Notes: a model not told the origin generated them from the sequence alone. A stretch of 40,238 bases of DNA from a bacterium (GCA_030641665.1 DAOWHA010000053.1:1-40238); one strand, 5' to 3'; numbered from the stretch's first letter, positions 17,843 through 27,428 are shown. Numbers and translations: made by a program.

Positions 17843-19399
17843 ATGATAAGAAAAGAGGAATACAAAGATTTAATAGAATCTTTGGATGTAGGTTCATCTG
17901 TAGCAGAGCAAGATAAATTTTTAGAACGGGCTAAAGTTGAAACGCCCATTTTTAGTGATTTTATTCTTGATAAAGTAGATCTTGTTTTAGGAGCTAAGGG
18001 ATCTGGTAAAACTTCTATTTTTAGATTAACACACGCAACTAAAGAGATCTTATTGGATAAATCTAATTTGCATATAATTACTGGGGTCGAACCTCAAGGA
18101 GATACAGTTTTTGAATTATATAAAAAAGATTTTTCAACATTCACAGAGTCTGATTTTGAAAATTTTTGGAAAATTTATTTTATAAATTTAATTTACAACG
18201 ATTTTATTTGCCAAGAATCATTCAAGGAGCGACTGAAAAATTATAAGTCAGATATAAATAATTTTATAAGAGAAAGTGTAGCAATAGGAATACCACAGAT
18301 TAACCAGCCGACTGATCTTAAATCGATAGTTCAAAAAATTATAAATGTAATCAATAAAAGGAGGATTAAAAAGGTTAAGAGCGGGATTGTAATTGATCCC
18401 AAACAGGGATCTTTTTTGCCTAATATTGAAATAGAGCTTGAAGATAATAAGTATACCAAAGAAAAAGACAGGTTGCCCATCTATGTAACAAAGTTGGGAA
18501 ATATTCTAGAAAGTATGCTAAAAAAAATGAAATTTAGGATATGGATTTTACTTGATCGTTTAGATATAGTATTCGAACATGGTAGTCAATTAGAATTCCT
18601 TGCGTTAAGAGGTTTATTAAGAGCATATGAGAGTTTTCAAGTTAGCAAAGGAGACCCGTTTAAATATTTAAGAATTAAAGTATTTCTACGAAATGATATT
18701 TTGGAATTTCTTTTAACTCCAGATAAATTTAAAAGAATTTCAAACTATAGGCAGCCGAAAAATTTACCAGCGTTAACACATATAACATCTAGGGCAACCA
18801 AAACACCTTTAGCTTGGACAAAAGAAGAAATACAACAACTTATGTTGAAAAGATTATTTCTATCAACTCCATTGAGAACTTATTATAAAACGAGTATGGA
18901 TGATTTAAATAATGAAATAAATAGGAATGAGATGTGGAGTAAATTGTTTGGCGACAAAATTGAACAAGGAGACAAAAAATCAGATTCATTATCTTGGATA
19001 CATACTAGAATAAGTGATACTTATCAAGCAACACCTAGATCAGCCATTGATTTTTTGGATGGTGTGATACACGAACAGTCTAGATTATTTAATTTAAATA
19101 ATGTAGATCAAGAAAGATTATTTTCTTCACAAGCTGTTAAACACGGAATAATAATTGCCTCAAAAGAAAAATATACAAAGGAAACAAAAAATGAATATCC
19201 TAAAATAATACAACATATCGAAAAATTTAAAGGCGAGAGTGCTAGGTTTAAAATAAATGATTTAAAAAAAATATTTGGTAATAATTATGTAGAAATTATT
19301 ACTGAATTAGAAAAAATAGGATTACTTAGTAAAATTGGTGATGCATATAAGGTTTCATTTATATTTCGCGCTGCGTTAGGAGTTCATCCGCAATTCTAA
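17843..19399 (+). CDS. P-loop ATPase, Sll1717/FunZ-like family (candidate defence protein)
   Basis: G.SVAEQD N-terminus, LVLGAKGSGKT Walker A, WILLDRLD Walker B, KVFLRNDI, TPR. Confidence 0.75.
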   Translation: MIRKEEYKDLIESLDVGSSVAEQDKFLERAKVETPIFSDFILDKVDLVLGAKGSGKTSIFRLTHATKEILLDKSNLHIITGVEPQGDTVFELYKKDFSTFTESDFENFWKIYFINLIYNDFICQESFKERLKNYKSDINNFIRESVAIGIPQINQPTDLKSIVQKIINVINKRRIKKVKSGIVIDPKQGSFLPNIEIELEDNKYTKEKDRLPIYVTKLGNILESMLKKMKFRIWILLDRLDIVFEHGSQLEFLALRGLLRAYESFQVSKGDPFKYLRIKVFLRNDILEFLLTPDKFKRISNYRQPKNLPALTHITSRATKTPLAWTKEEIQQLMLKRLFLSTPLRTYYKTSMDDLNNEINRNEMWSKLFGDKIEQGDKKSDSLSWIHTRISDTYQATPRSAIDFLDGVIHEQSRLFNLNNVDQERLFSSQAVKHGIIIASKEKYTKETKNEYPKIIQHIEKFKGESARFKINDLKKIFGNNYVEIITELEKIGLLSKIGDAYKVSFIFRAALGVHPQF

Positions 19400-19428
19400 A
19401 TTAATTTGTATTAAACAAAAAATTATAG

Positions 19429-19448
19429 TGTAAATTAAATCATTTACA
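19429..19448. promoter_or_regulatory. Putative operator upstream of the small HTH gene
   Basis: TGTAAAT-N6-ATTTACA inverted repeat about 20 nt before ATG 19470. Confidence 0.4.
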
Positions 19449-19469
19449 TATAAATTAAAGCATGATACA

Positions 19470-19667
19470 ATGAATATATTAGAAGAACAAATAAAAAAAG
19501 AAATGGCGCGAAAAAAATTAGCTCCTGTCGATATTTATAAACCATTAGGAATAAATAGAGTTAATTTTTATAGAGCCATTAAAACTTCTAATCTTGAAAA
19601 TAAATCTTTAAAAAAGATTTTAAATTTTCTTGGATTATTCATAAAAATTAATTTAAAAAAATTATGA
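19470..19667 (+). CDS. Small XRE/Cro-like helix-turn-helix protein
   Basis: 65 aa; DIYKPLGINRVNFYRAIK...SLKKILNFLG is HTH-like; ATGA overlap with the next gene. Confidence 0.65.
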   Translation: MNILEEQIKKEMARKKLAPVDIYKPLGINRVNFYRAIKTSNLENKSLKKILNFLGLFIKINLKKL

Positions 19668-19957
19668 CAAAAAACAAAAAGTTTTATAAAAAATTATATT
19701 GTTCTAATAATTGCAATATAAGAGACGATATGATGCCAAAAATGATAACTTACGGGACAAAAACATGGGCTCACTATTTTGTTGAGATTGGAAAAAAAGA
19801 TTTTAAAAAATGTGATATGGAATTATTAGAGAATGTTGAGTATATAGAATTTGATAATAAAAAAGAAATGTTTAAATATTGGGATAAATTAGCAGATGAA
19901 AAAAAGATTGATTGGAATATAGATTTTGATTATCCGGAAATATTAAGGTTTAAATAA
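19664..19957 (+). CDS. Hypothetical protein translationally coupled to the HTH gene
   Basis: 97-aa ORF; ATGA overlap; CxxxC near the N-terminus. Confidence 0.6.
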   Translation: MTKNKKFYKKLYCSNNCNIRDDMMPKMITYGTKTWAHYFVEIGKKDFKKCDMELLENVEYIEFDNKKEMFKYWDKLADEKKIDWNIDFDYPEILRFK

Positions 19958-20034
19958 AAAAGACTGCGATAAAAAAGTTAATGTGGTTTATCTTAAATAA
20001 CGAGTAGAGTCAATTTTTTTTATACTAAACACAT

Positions 20035-20180
20035 TGTCATTCCGAACTTGTTTCGGAATCTGTCATGAATTATCGCTAAATTATGATTAGGATGGATAAA
20101 TTTTGAATTTATACTTTGTTAATCTTAATCATAATACTGAGATAAGTAATGACAGACCCTGAAATAAATTCAGGGTGACA
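20035..20180. repeat. Fold-back palindromic element family C (REP doublet)
   Basis: Left unit TGTCATTCCGAACTTGTTTCGGAATCTGTCAT; right unit ATGACAGACCCTGAAATAAATTCAGGGTGACA. Each unit has its own hairpin, and the interior (ATTATGATTAGGAT / ATCTTAATCATAAT) also pairs. Confidence 0.85.
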
Positions 20181-20190
20181 TATTTTTTAT

Positions 20191-20272
20191 TTAAAAAAAT
20201 TTAATCAAAAATTAGAGAAAATAGCAAATAAACAAAATGAAAGAGCTTTTGAAAACTTATTTTGGGCATAAT
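20191..20272 (+). repeat. Stacked duplicated gene 5' ends (60-aa ORF fragment followed by recQ fragment)
   Basis: 20191-20234 matches 17499-17542 at 40/44 nt; 20237-20265 matches recQ 21996-22024 at 28/29 nt. Confidence 0.85.
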
Positions 20273-20422
20273 ATTTTGTGTTTTGTGAAACAGTAAAATT
20301 ATTTAATTTTTTATTTTTAAGTTAAAATCGGCATAAAATAGGATGTGATTAGGCATATTTGTGTTTTTTTAAAACAAGAGAATGCATTGAAAATTGCTTT
20401 ATATTAGCCAAAAAATTAGTGT

Positions 20423-20473
20423 TTGACAAGACCTGTATAGTGTAATATACTACAAACATATAATTGTAGTATA
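20423..20473 (+). promoter_or_regulatory. Sigma70 promoter with overlapping operator for the AAA14-DUF4143 gene
   Basis: TTGACA (20423-28)-N17-TATACT (20446-51); IR TATACTACAA-N8-TTGTAGTATA (20446-20473). Confidence 0.7.
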
Positions 20474-20484
20474 ATGAAATATAT

Positions 20485-21909
20485 ATGAACCAAAATTTAA
20501 TACAATATCTGCAAAAGCAAATTTTAACCACAGACGACCGATTAAAGCATTTTACTCACAGCCTGAACGGAGAAAAATATCCAAATCGTTTTTTGTATGT
20601 AAAACTGCAAAAATATATAAATGATTTTCTGGATAAAAAATCATTAAATAGAATGGTAATTATTCCTGGATTTAGAGGCGTTGGAAAGACAACTCTTATG
20701 GCTCAAGTTTGCTCGGAATTTAAAAAGAAAGATTTTCAAGTTTTATTTTTGTCTATAGAGGATTTAAGAAATTATTTCGAAGCCAATATTAATGAAATAG
20801 TATCGGCTTATGAAGAAATTATTGGTGAAAATTTAGAAAGCGTTAAAAAACCAATGTTAGTATTTTTTGATGAAGTCCAAGCAGACCCAAAATGGGCTAT
20901 TGCGCTAAAAGCGCTATTTGAAAGAACTCGTAATATTTTTCTATGCTCCACAGGATCATCGGCAATTATTTTACAATCAACGCCAAACATTGCTCGTCGA
21001 GCAATATTTGAGCCGATGCCGCCGATGTGTTTTGGCGAGTATCAAATGATAAAAAATAAAAATTATCCAATTTCAGGACTAAAAAGTGAAATTAGGAAAA
21101 CTATTTATTTCTCAGATTCAGCTGAGGATGTTTACAATAAACTATATAACTTAAGAAGTAAAATTAACAGTTATTGGTCAAAAGTAAATAGAAATGATAT
21201 AAAAAAATATTTGTCTTATGGGACTTTCCCGTTTACTTTAATAATGCCAGATGAAATCTCTATTTATAACACTATATCTTTATTGCTTGATAAAATCATT
21301 AAACAAGATATGCCAAATTTGGGCAGTTTTGATCAAAATACGCTTGGAGCAGTAAAAAGAATTTTGTTTGCGATAGCTGAAAATGATGTGACAAGCCTGA
21401 GTATTTTAGCGAATAAATTTAGCATCAATCGTTTGACTATTGCCAATATTTTTGATGTCTTAGAAAAGGCGGAACTTTTGATAAAAATTCCGCCTCATGG
21501 TTCAAATATGACGATTGCTAATAAGCCCAATAAATATTTATTTATGAGTCCGGCAATCAGAATGTCATTTTTTTATTTTACAGGAAATGAATATACTTAT
21601 TTGACTAGGCAAGGCAAGTTACTGGAAGACTCTATCGGCTCACATCTTTATAGGGAATTTATTTTAAGAGGCGACGGCATTATTCGCTATGATAGCGCAA
21701 AAGGAGGGGCTGATTTTATTTTGCAAATAGGGAATACTAAAAAAATAATTATTGAAGCTGGACTTGGCAAGAAAGATAAAAAACAGGTTATAAACACGAT
21801 GAATAAAATTAAAGCAGATTACGGGGTTATTTTTTCCAATACTGAATTAAAATTTAATTCTATGTTAAATATTATTTCAGTCCCGTTAGATTATTATTTT
21901 TTAATGTAA
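20485..21909 (+). CDS. AAA_14 ATPase with C-terminal DUF4143 (wHTH/nuclease-like) domain
   Basis: GFRGVGKTT, FFDEVQ, STGSS, YLSYGTFP, KYLFMSP, GKLLEDSI, ADFIL..IEA. Confidence 0.88.
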   Translation: MNQNLIQYLQKQILTTDDRLKHFTHSLNGEKYPNRFLYVKLQKYINDFLDKKSLNRMVIIPGFRGVGKTTLMAQVCSEFKKKDFQVLFLSIEDLRNYFEANINEIVSAYEEIIGENLESVKKPMLVFFDEVQADPKWAIALKALFERTRNIFLCSTGSSAIILQSTPNIARRAIFEPMPPMCFGEYQMIKNKNYPISGLKSEIRKTIYFSDSAEDVYNKLYNLRSKINSYWSKVNRNDIKKYLSYGTFPFTLIMPDEISIYNTISLLLDKIIKQDMPNLGSFDQNTLGAVKRILFAIAENDVTSLSILANKFSINRLTIANIFDVLEKAELLIKIPPHGSNMTIANKPNKYLFMSPAIRMSFFYFTGNEYTYLTRQGKLLEDSIGSHLYREFILRGDGIIRYDSAKGGADFILQIGNTKKIIIEAGLGKKDKKQVINTMNKIKADYGVIFSNTELKFNSMLNIISVPLDYYFLM

Positions 21910-21995
21910 CAGACCTGTTGAGTAATAATTTAACAGATTAAAAATTATATAGGGATTAACTATGCGATAATCCTAATAAATGCGCGTAAATTTAT

Positions 21996-24206
21996 ATGAA
22001 AGAGATTTTGAAAACTTATTTTGGATATGACAGCTTTAGACCGCTACAGGAAGAGATTATCAATAATGTTCTGCAAGGCAATGACACATTCGCGCTGATG
22101 CCAACTGGCGGCGGGAAGTCGCTTTGCTTCCAGCTGCCAGCCTTAAAATTTAGCGGGATAACGCTTGTTGTCTCGCCGCTTATCGCACTAATGAAAGATC
22201 AAGTGGACGCCTTAAAAACAAACGGAATTTCAGCTGAATTTATCAATTCATCGCTCACGCCAACGGAAATTTTGCAAATTCAAAAAAAAGCCGCTGACGG
22301 CAAAATCAAAATTCTTTATGTCGCGCCAGAGCGGCTGGCACTGGACAGTTTTCAGGAATTTTTACAATCGGTTAGCGTAAAATTAATCGCAATTGACGAA
22401 GCGCACTGCATTTCCGAATGGGGGCATGATTTTCGCCCAGATTACCGCGCGCTTAAACTTTTAAAAAAGCAGTTTTCAAAAGTTCCAATTATCGCGCTCA
22501 CGGCAACCGCTACCCCGAAAGTGCAAAAGGATATTGTAAATCAGTTATCATTAGGCAGCCCAAAAATATTTATATCCAGCTTTGATAGGAAAAATTTGAC
22601 GATGCGCGTAGTTGAAAAACAGAACACTTTTGAAAAACTGCTTTCGTTAGTTGAAAAATACAAAAACGAGCCGTCAATCATTTATTGCTTTTCCAGAAAA
22701 GAGACAGAAGAGATTGCGGCAAGATTGAGAGAAGAGGGCTTTGCCGCCTTGCCATATCACGCTGGGCTTAACAGCAAAACGCGGAAACATAATCAAGAAC
22801 TGTTTATTAAAGATGAAGCGCAAATTATAGTCGCCACAATCGCTTTTGGAATGGGAATTGATAAGCCCGATGTCCGCTTAATTGTCCACTACTCATTTCC
22901 AAAAACAATTGAAGGATATTACCAGGAAATCGGACGAGCCGGGCGAGACGGACTTCCGAGCGAATGCGTCCTGTTTTATTCTTACGGAGACGCGAGAAAG
23001 CACGAGTATTTTATTAATCAAATACAGGATGCTGTTGAGCAGGAAAAACGCAGGAAAAAATTATATCAAATAATCCAATATTGCGAAACAGCGGAGTGCC
23101 GAAGAAAATATATTTTAAGATATTTTGGAGAGGAATATTCTTCCGCAAAAAGCGGGAATACAAATGGATGCGGGGCATGCGACACCTGCTTAACTTCGAG
23201 GAAGTTGTTTAACGCGACAGAGATCGCGCAAAAAGTTCTTTCATGCGTTATCCGCGTTAGTTCTGTTGGTGGCGCATATAATGGCGCAAGAGGATTTGGG
23301 AAAAATTATATTGCCGATGTTTTATTAGGAAAAAACGCTCAAAAAATTATCAATAATAAGCATAATACACTTTCGGTTTTCGGAATTGTTAAAGATTTTA
23401 CAAAGGACGAAATTAAACGCGTCATTAAATCGCTTGTCGCTTTTAATTTATTGCGAGTGAGCGCAGGGGAATATCCAACTCTTTCAATTACAAAAAAAGG
23501 GTTTAATTTTTTAAAACAGAAAGAATTATTAGAGCTGCCAGATGCGCGAGCGGATTTTGCAAGCGAAGACAGAAGCGCTTTGAAACAAAAGGAGCGATAC
23601 GATATTAGCCTGTTTGAAAAATTAAGAATATTAAGAAAACAGATTGCGGACAAAAACAGCGTTCCGCCATTTATGATTTTCAGCGATGCGGCCTTACAGG
23701 AAATGGCGCGCTATTTTCCAATAGACGAAGACAGTTTTTCAAGAATTGAAGGCGTTGGAAGCAAAAAATTAAAAGACTTTTCAAAAGCATTTTTGTCTGT
23801 TATTAGCGAGCATATAAAAGAAAATAATATTCAGCCAATTAAAGTACCGACAATTAAAATACCGAACCGCTGGCAAAAAAGCCGTGTCACAGGAGGAAAA
23901 TACAATTCAGAACTTTCTGAAAGATATGCCCAAACAAAAGAGATGATTCTAAAAAAATTGCCAATATCAGAGATTGCCGCTAAGCATAAATTTAAAGAAG
24001 GGACTATTATAGTACATATTGAAAAGCTGATTTTACTGGGCGAAGATATTGATATTTTATATTTAAAGCCGCCTTCCGAAAGATTTGAAAAAATAAAAGC
24101 GGCTTTTGAAAAATGCGGCGATGAAAAGTTAAAACCAGTTTTTGATTTTTTTAAAGAAAAATATTCTTACGACGAAATTCGCCTTGTAAAGTTGTTTTTA
24201 AAATAG
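21996..24206 (+). CDS. recQ: ATP-dependent DNA helicase RecQ with RQC, HRDC and C-terminal HTH
   Basis: MPTGGGKS, DEAHCISEWGHDFRP, ATIAFGMGIDK, YYQEIGRAGRDG, Zn-binding CRR...CGACDTC, HRDC (PPFMIFSD). Confidence 0.97.
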   Translation: MKEILKTYFGYDSFRPLQEEIINNVLQGNDTFALMPTGGGKSLCFQLPALKFSGITLVVSPLIALMKDQVDALKTNGISAEFINSSLTPTEILQIQKKAADGKIKILYVAPERLALDSFQEFLQSVSVKLIAIDEAHCISEWGHDFRPDYRALKLLKKQFSKVPIIALTATATPKVQKDIVNQLSLGSPKIFISSFDRKNLTMRVVEKQNTFEKLLSLVEKYKNEPSIIYCFSRKETEEIAARLREEGFAALPYHAGLNSKTRKHNQELFIKDEAQIIVATIAFGMGIDKPDVRLIVHYSFPKTIEGYYQEIGRAGRDGLPSECVLFYSYGDARKHEYFINQIQDAVEQEKRRKKLYQIIQYCETAECRRKYILRYFGEEYSSAKSGNTNGCGACDTCLTSRKLFNATEIAQKVLSCVIRVSSVGGAYNGARGFGKNYIADVLLGKNAQKIINNKHNTLSVFGIVKDFTKDEIKRVIKSLVAFNLLRVSAGEYPTLSITKKGFNFLKQKELLELPDARADFASEDRSALKQKERYDISLFEKLRILRKQIADKNSVPPFMIFSDAALQEMARYFPIDEDSFSRIEGVGSKKLKDFSKAFLSVISEHIKENNIQPIKVPTIKIPNRWQKSRVTGGKYNSELSERYAQTKEMILKKLPISEIAAKHKFKEGTIIVHIEKLILLGEDIDILYLKPPSERFEKIKAAFEKCGDEKLKPVFDFFKEKYSYDEIRLVKLFLK

Positions 24207-24213
24207 ATATACT

Positions 24214-24241
24214 TTGACAGCGCAGAATAAACAATTATAAT
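24214..24241 (+). promoter_or_regulatory. Consensus sigma70 promoter upstream of family A copy 2 and GH57 paralog 2
   Basis: TTGACA (24214-19)-N16-TATAAT (24236-41). Confidence 0.65.
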
Positions 24242-24256
24242 AAAAGTATCTACTAA

Positions 24257-24397
24257 TGTCTTTGCGAGGAGGCGATAGCCGACGAAGCAATCTCGTTAAT
24301 AGACAGATGAAGTCATAATCATAGATTTGTTCGTTCAGTAATGAGATTGCTTCGTCGCGCCTCACTCGCTTAGCTCGTTCAGCTCCTCGCAAAGACA
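24257..24397. repeat. Fold-back element family A, copy 2 (inverted relative to copy 1)
   Basis: TGTCTTTGCGAGGAG...CTCCTCGCAAAGACA; the reverse complement of its right arm matches the left arm of copy 1. Confidence 0.9.
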
Positions 24398-24426
24398 GTG
24401 GATTTTTTGCATTTTGATTTTTTATT

Positions 24427-25893
24427 ATGTTTTGGGCTAATTTTTTACATTTTTATCAGCCGCCGAATCAGTTGGCGGACATTTTAGAACGGATAGTCAA
24501 TGAGAGCTACCGTCCTATTATTTTAGGTATGCAAAAAAATCCAGACGCGCGATTAAGCCTTAATATTAATGCTGGATTAACAGAGCTTTTGCATAAGAAT
24601 AAATATGATGATGTTATTGATAATTTAAGGAAATTGGCAGAGGACGGCAAAGTGGAATTTATAGAAAGCGCGAAATATCACGCTTTCTTGCCAATGTTGC
24701 CTGAAAGTTCAATTATTAGGCAGATTAAATTAAACAGAGAAACAAACAGAAAATTTTTTGGCAAAATTTATAATCCGCAAGGATTTTTTTCACCAGAGAT
24801 GGCTTATCATATTAAAATCGCAAAAATTGCGAGTAGATTAGGATATAAGTGGATACTTGCCGATGAATTGTCTTTTAACGGAAAACAGAATCAGGCGGAT
24901 TATTCCAAAATTTATACAATCAGCGGATTAAACGGATTTAAAATTTTTTTTAAAGATCAGACGATCAGCAATTTAATAGTTAACGCCATTGTGAGATCTG
25001 GCAGGTCGCTGTTAAACGAAATTGAAAAAGAGAATGGCAAGAACAGGTATTTGCTGACAGCGATGGATGGCGAGACATTCGGGCATCACCGCCCGGGATT
25101 AGACAAATTGCTTTTTGATATTTTTGCATCGCCTGTTTTTAAAAAGATTTTAATTTCGCAGATCACGGACTATTTTCCGACAGGGAAAGCGATTAAGCCG
25201 ATTCATTCCAGCTGGTCGTCCAACGAAGAGGATATAAAAAATAACAACCCTTTTAAATTATGGAATCAAAAAAACAACCCGATACACAGGCTGCAATGGA
25301 AATTTACCTATTTTGTGATTGGCGAGGTGGAAAAGTTAAACCATAATTCCGCTGATTATAAAAGAGCGAGGAAAAAATTGGATTTAGCGCTGCACTCTTG
25401 CCAGTTTTGGTGGGCGTCTAAATTTTGGTGGAGCTTAGAGATTATTGAGCAGGGATCATTTAATATGAGAGAAACGATTTTTAGCATTAAGTCAGCAAGC
25501 GAAAAGACTAAACAGGCAACTGAAAATTATTACCGCAATATTTTAGATATCGCGTTTGACTGGCAGAGATCCGGGCATATTCGCGAATTCCACAAAATTC
25601 AGGAAGAATGGCAAAAAAAGCCGTTTAAAGATAGGACTCATGCCGAATGGTATAATCAGATGATTTTAGAGTTTGACGCTGAAATGAGAAAGGCGGCAAA
25701 AAATCAAGAGTATGAAAAAGCGATTAAATGGCGCGATGCTATCATTAAATTAAGGTCTGGCGCGGATGTTTATGATGTTCTGCATATTGTCAATGAACTG
25801 CACAGCGCCCGCAGAATTCCGTCTGCCAAGCCGTTTTTACAGCAGAAAAAATTCACCAAATTCGCTAAAGAGCATTTCTTGCCTTTGGATTAA
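24427..25893 (+). CDS. GH57-like protein (paralog 2) with C-terminal UvrB/UvrC (UVR) motif
   Basis: HFYQP, YHAFLP, GFFSPE, DGETFGHH, SCQFWWA; EMRKAAKNQEYEKAIKWRDAI fits the UVR motif. Confidence 0.88.
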   Translation: MFWANFLHFYQPPNQLADILERIVNESYRPIILGMQKNPDARLSLNINAGLTELLHKNKYDDVIDNLRKLAEDGKVEFIESAKYHAFLPMLPESSIIRQIKLNRETNRKFFGKIYNPQGFFSPEMAYHIKIAKIASRLGYKWILADELSFNGKQNQADYSKIYTISGLNGFKIFFKDQTISNLIVNAIVRSGRSLLNEIEKENGKNRYLLTAMDGETFGHHRPGLDKLLFDIFASPVFKKILISQITDYFPTGKAIKPIHSSWSSNEEDIKNNNPFKLWNQKNNPIHRLQWKFTYFVIGEVEKLNHNSADYKRARKKLDLALHSCQFWWASKFWWSLEIIEQGSFNMRETIFSIKSASEKTKQATENYYRNILDIAFDWQRSGHIREFHKIQEEWQKKPFKDRTHAEWYNQMILEFDAEMRKAAKNQEYEKAIKWRDAIIKLRSGADVYDVLHIVNELHSARRIPSAKPFLQQKKFTKFAKEHFLPLD

Positions 25894-26009
25894 TATAGGA
25901 TAAGCTAAGCCGCTGAAAAGTTCCCGCGAATAAATGTTGACAAAACTATGCGGTCGCACAAGTTCCTCAACTTTTTTATTATTATCTTATTATTTTTTTG
26001 GTTCCAACT

Positions 26010-27428
26010 ATGAATTTTTTTAAAAAACATTGGATATTACTTGTCTCTTTATTTGCATCATTTTTTTTAATAGTTTTTGACCAAGGTTTTTATCAAAGAG
26101 AATTTTGGTTTGATGAAGCGTTTACTGGAATTTTAGTTAAATTAGGATGGTGTGAAATGTTTTATAATATCGTCGCGGATGTTCATCCGCCGCTTTATTA
26201 TGTTTTGCTAAAAATCTGGGGAATGTTATTCGGTTTTTCCGACATAGTTTTAAGGAGTTTCTCTGTTTTTTTAAGCATGCTTCTGATTGCTGTTTTTTAT
26301 TTTTTCGCGAAAGAAAATATTAAAAACAAAAAAATACTGTTCCCGCTGCTGTTTTTAGCATCAATCAATCCGTTTTTGCGGCAATTCGCGCAAGAAGCGA
26401 GAATGTATATGCTTTTTGCGGTTTTTACGCTATTGTCCGCTTTTTTCTTTTGGCGTTTGATAAAGAAAAAAGAATTTTTTAAAAATAGAGATTGGCTTTA
26501 TTTTAGCATTTTTTCTTCATTATCTTTTTTAACCCATTATTTTTCTTTATTTGTTTCCGCGTCTTTTTTTATCGCGCTATTTTTATTTTATTTTCAAAAA
26601 CAAAAATTAAAATTAAAAGAAATATTCTGTTTTTGCGTGAAATTTTTTGTTATTCCGATTATAACTTTTATTTTATGGCTGCCGTTTTTTGTAAAACAGA
26701 TTAAGCCAGATCTTGGCTGGATTCCTCAAGCCGGGTTTGATATTTTGCCGCAAGCACTTTTTACTTTTTTATTTGGAAGCGATCAAGGGGTTCTCGGCAT
26801 TCCTAATATTGCTAATTTTAATTTCATTTTAAATTCCAATGAAATCGCTATTTTAATTTTTTTCGTATTTGCGATATTAGCAGCATCTATCAATAAAAAA
26901 ACAGATAAGTTTTTTCTGTTTAATTTTATGCTTGTTTTTATCCCAATTTTTTTAACTATCCTTGTTTCAAAAATATTGCACAGGCATATGTTTGTAGCAA
27001 GATATTTTCTTTTTTGCGTCCCATTTTTAATAACAATACTGTTGATATATTTTTCAAAGTTTAAATCCAAAATTTTTTATTCAATTATTATTATTTGGGT
27101 TCTATTGTCATTTAATATGGCAAAACATATTCCAGCCACCAATTATCGCGAACTTGCGAAAAAAACAGAAAATATCGTAGCAACAGATCCATTTATGTAT
27201 TTAGTCTCAAAGTTTTATATCAATGACAGCGTATTACTTTTTAATTTTGACAATACAGGCGATAACTTTTCAGGCTGGCCGTTGTTTAATCAAAACAGCG
27301 TAATGCATAATTTTAATAAACTGCCTGATAATATTTTTATAGTTTCCACAAAAGAATTAAAAGACCAGCGCCTCATGGAAAAAGAAAAATTTTACAATTT
27401 TTTCATATATAAAAAAATACCTGACTAA
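26010..27428 (+). CDS. GT-C fold glycosyltransferase (ArnT/PMT, family 39/83-like)
   Basis: FWFDEA, DVHPPLYY, LRSFS, QEARMY, THY, RYF; many TMs. Likely start ATG 26010. Confidence 0.9.
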   Translation: MNFFKKHWILLVSLFASFFLIVFDQGFYQREFWFDEAFTGILVKLGWCEMFYNIVADVHPPLYYVLLKIWGMLFGFSDIVLRSFSVFLSMLLIAVFYFFAKENIKNKKILFPLLFLASINPFLRQFAQEARMYMLFAVFTLLSAFFFWRLIKKKEFFKNRDWLYFSIFSSLSFLTHYFSLFVSASFFIALFLFYFQKQKLKLKEIFCFCVKFFVIPIITFILWLPFFVKQIKPDLGWIPQAGFDILPQALFTFLFGSDQGVLGIPNIANFNFILNSNEIAILIFFVFAILAASINKKTDKFFLFNFMLVFIPIFLTILVSKILHRHMFVARYFLFCVPFLITILLIYFSKFKSKIFYSIIIIWVLLSFNMAKHIPATNYRELAKKTENIVATDPFMYLVSKFYINDSVLLFNFDNTGDNFSGWPLFNQNSVMHNFNKLPDNIFIVSTKELKDQRLMEKEKFYNFFIYKKIPD

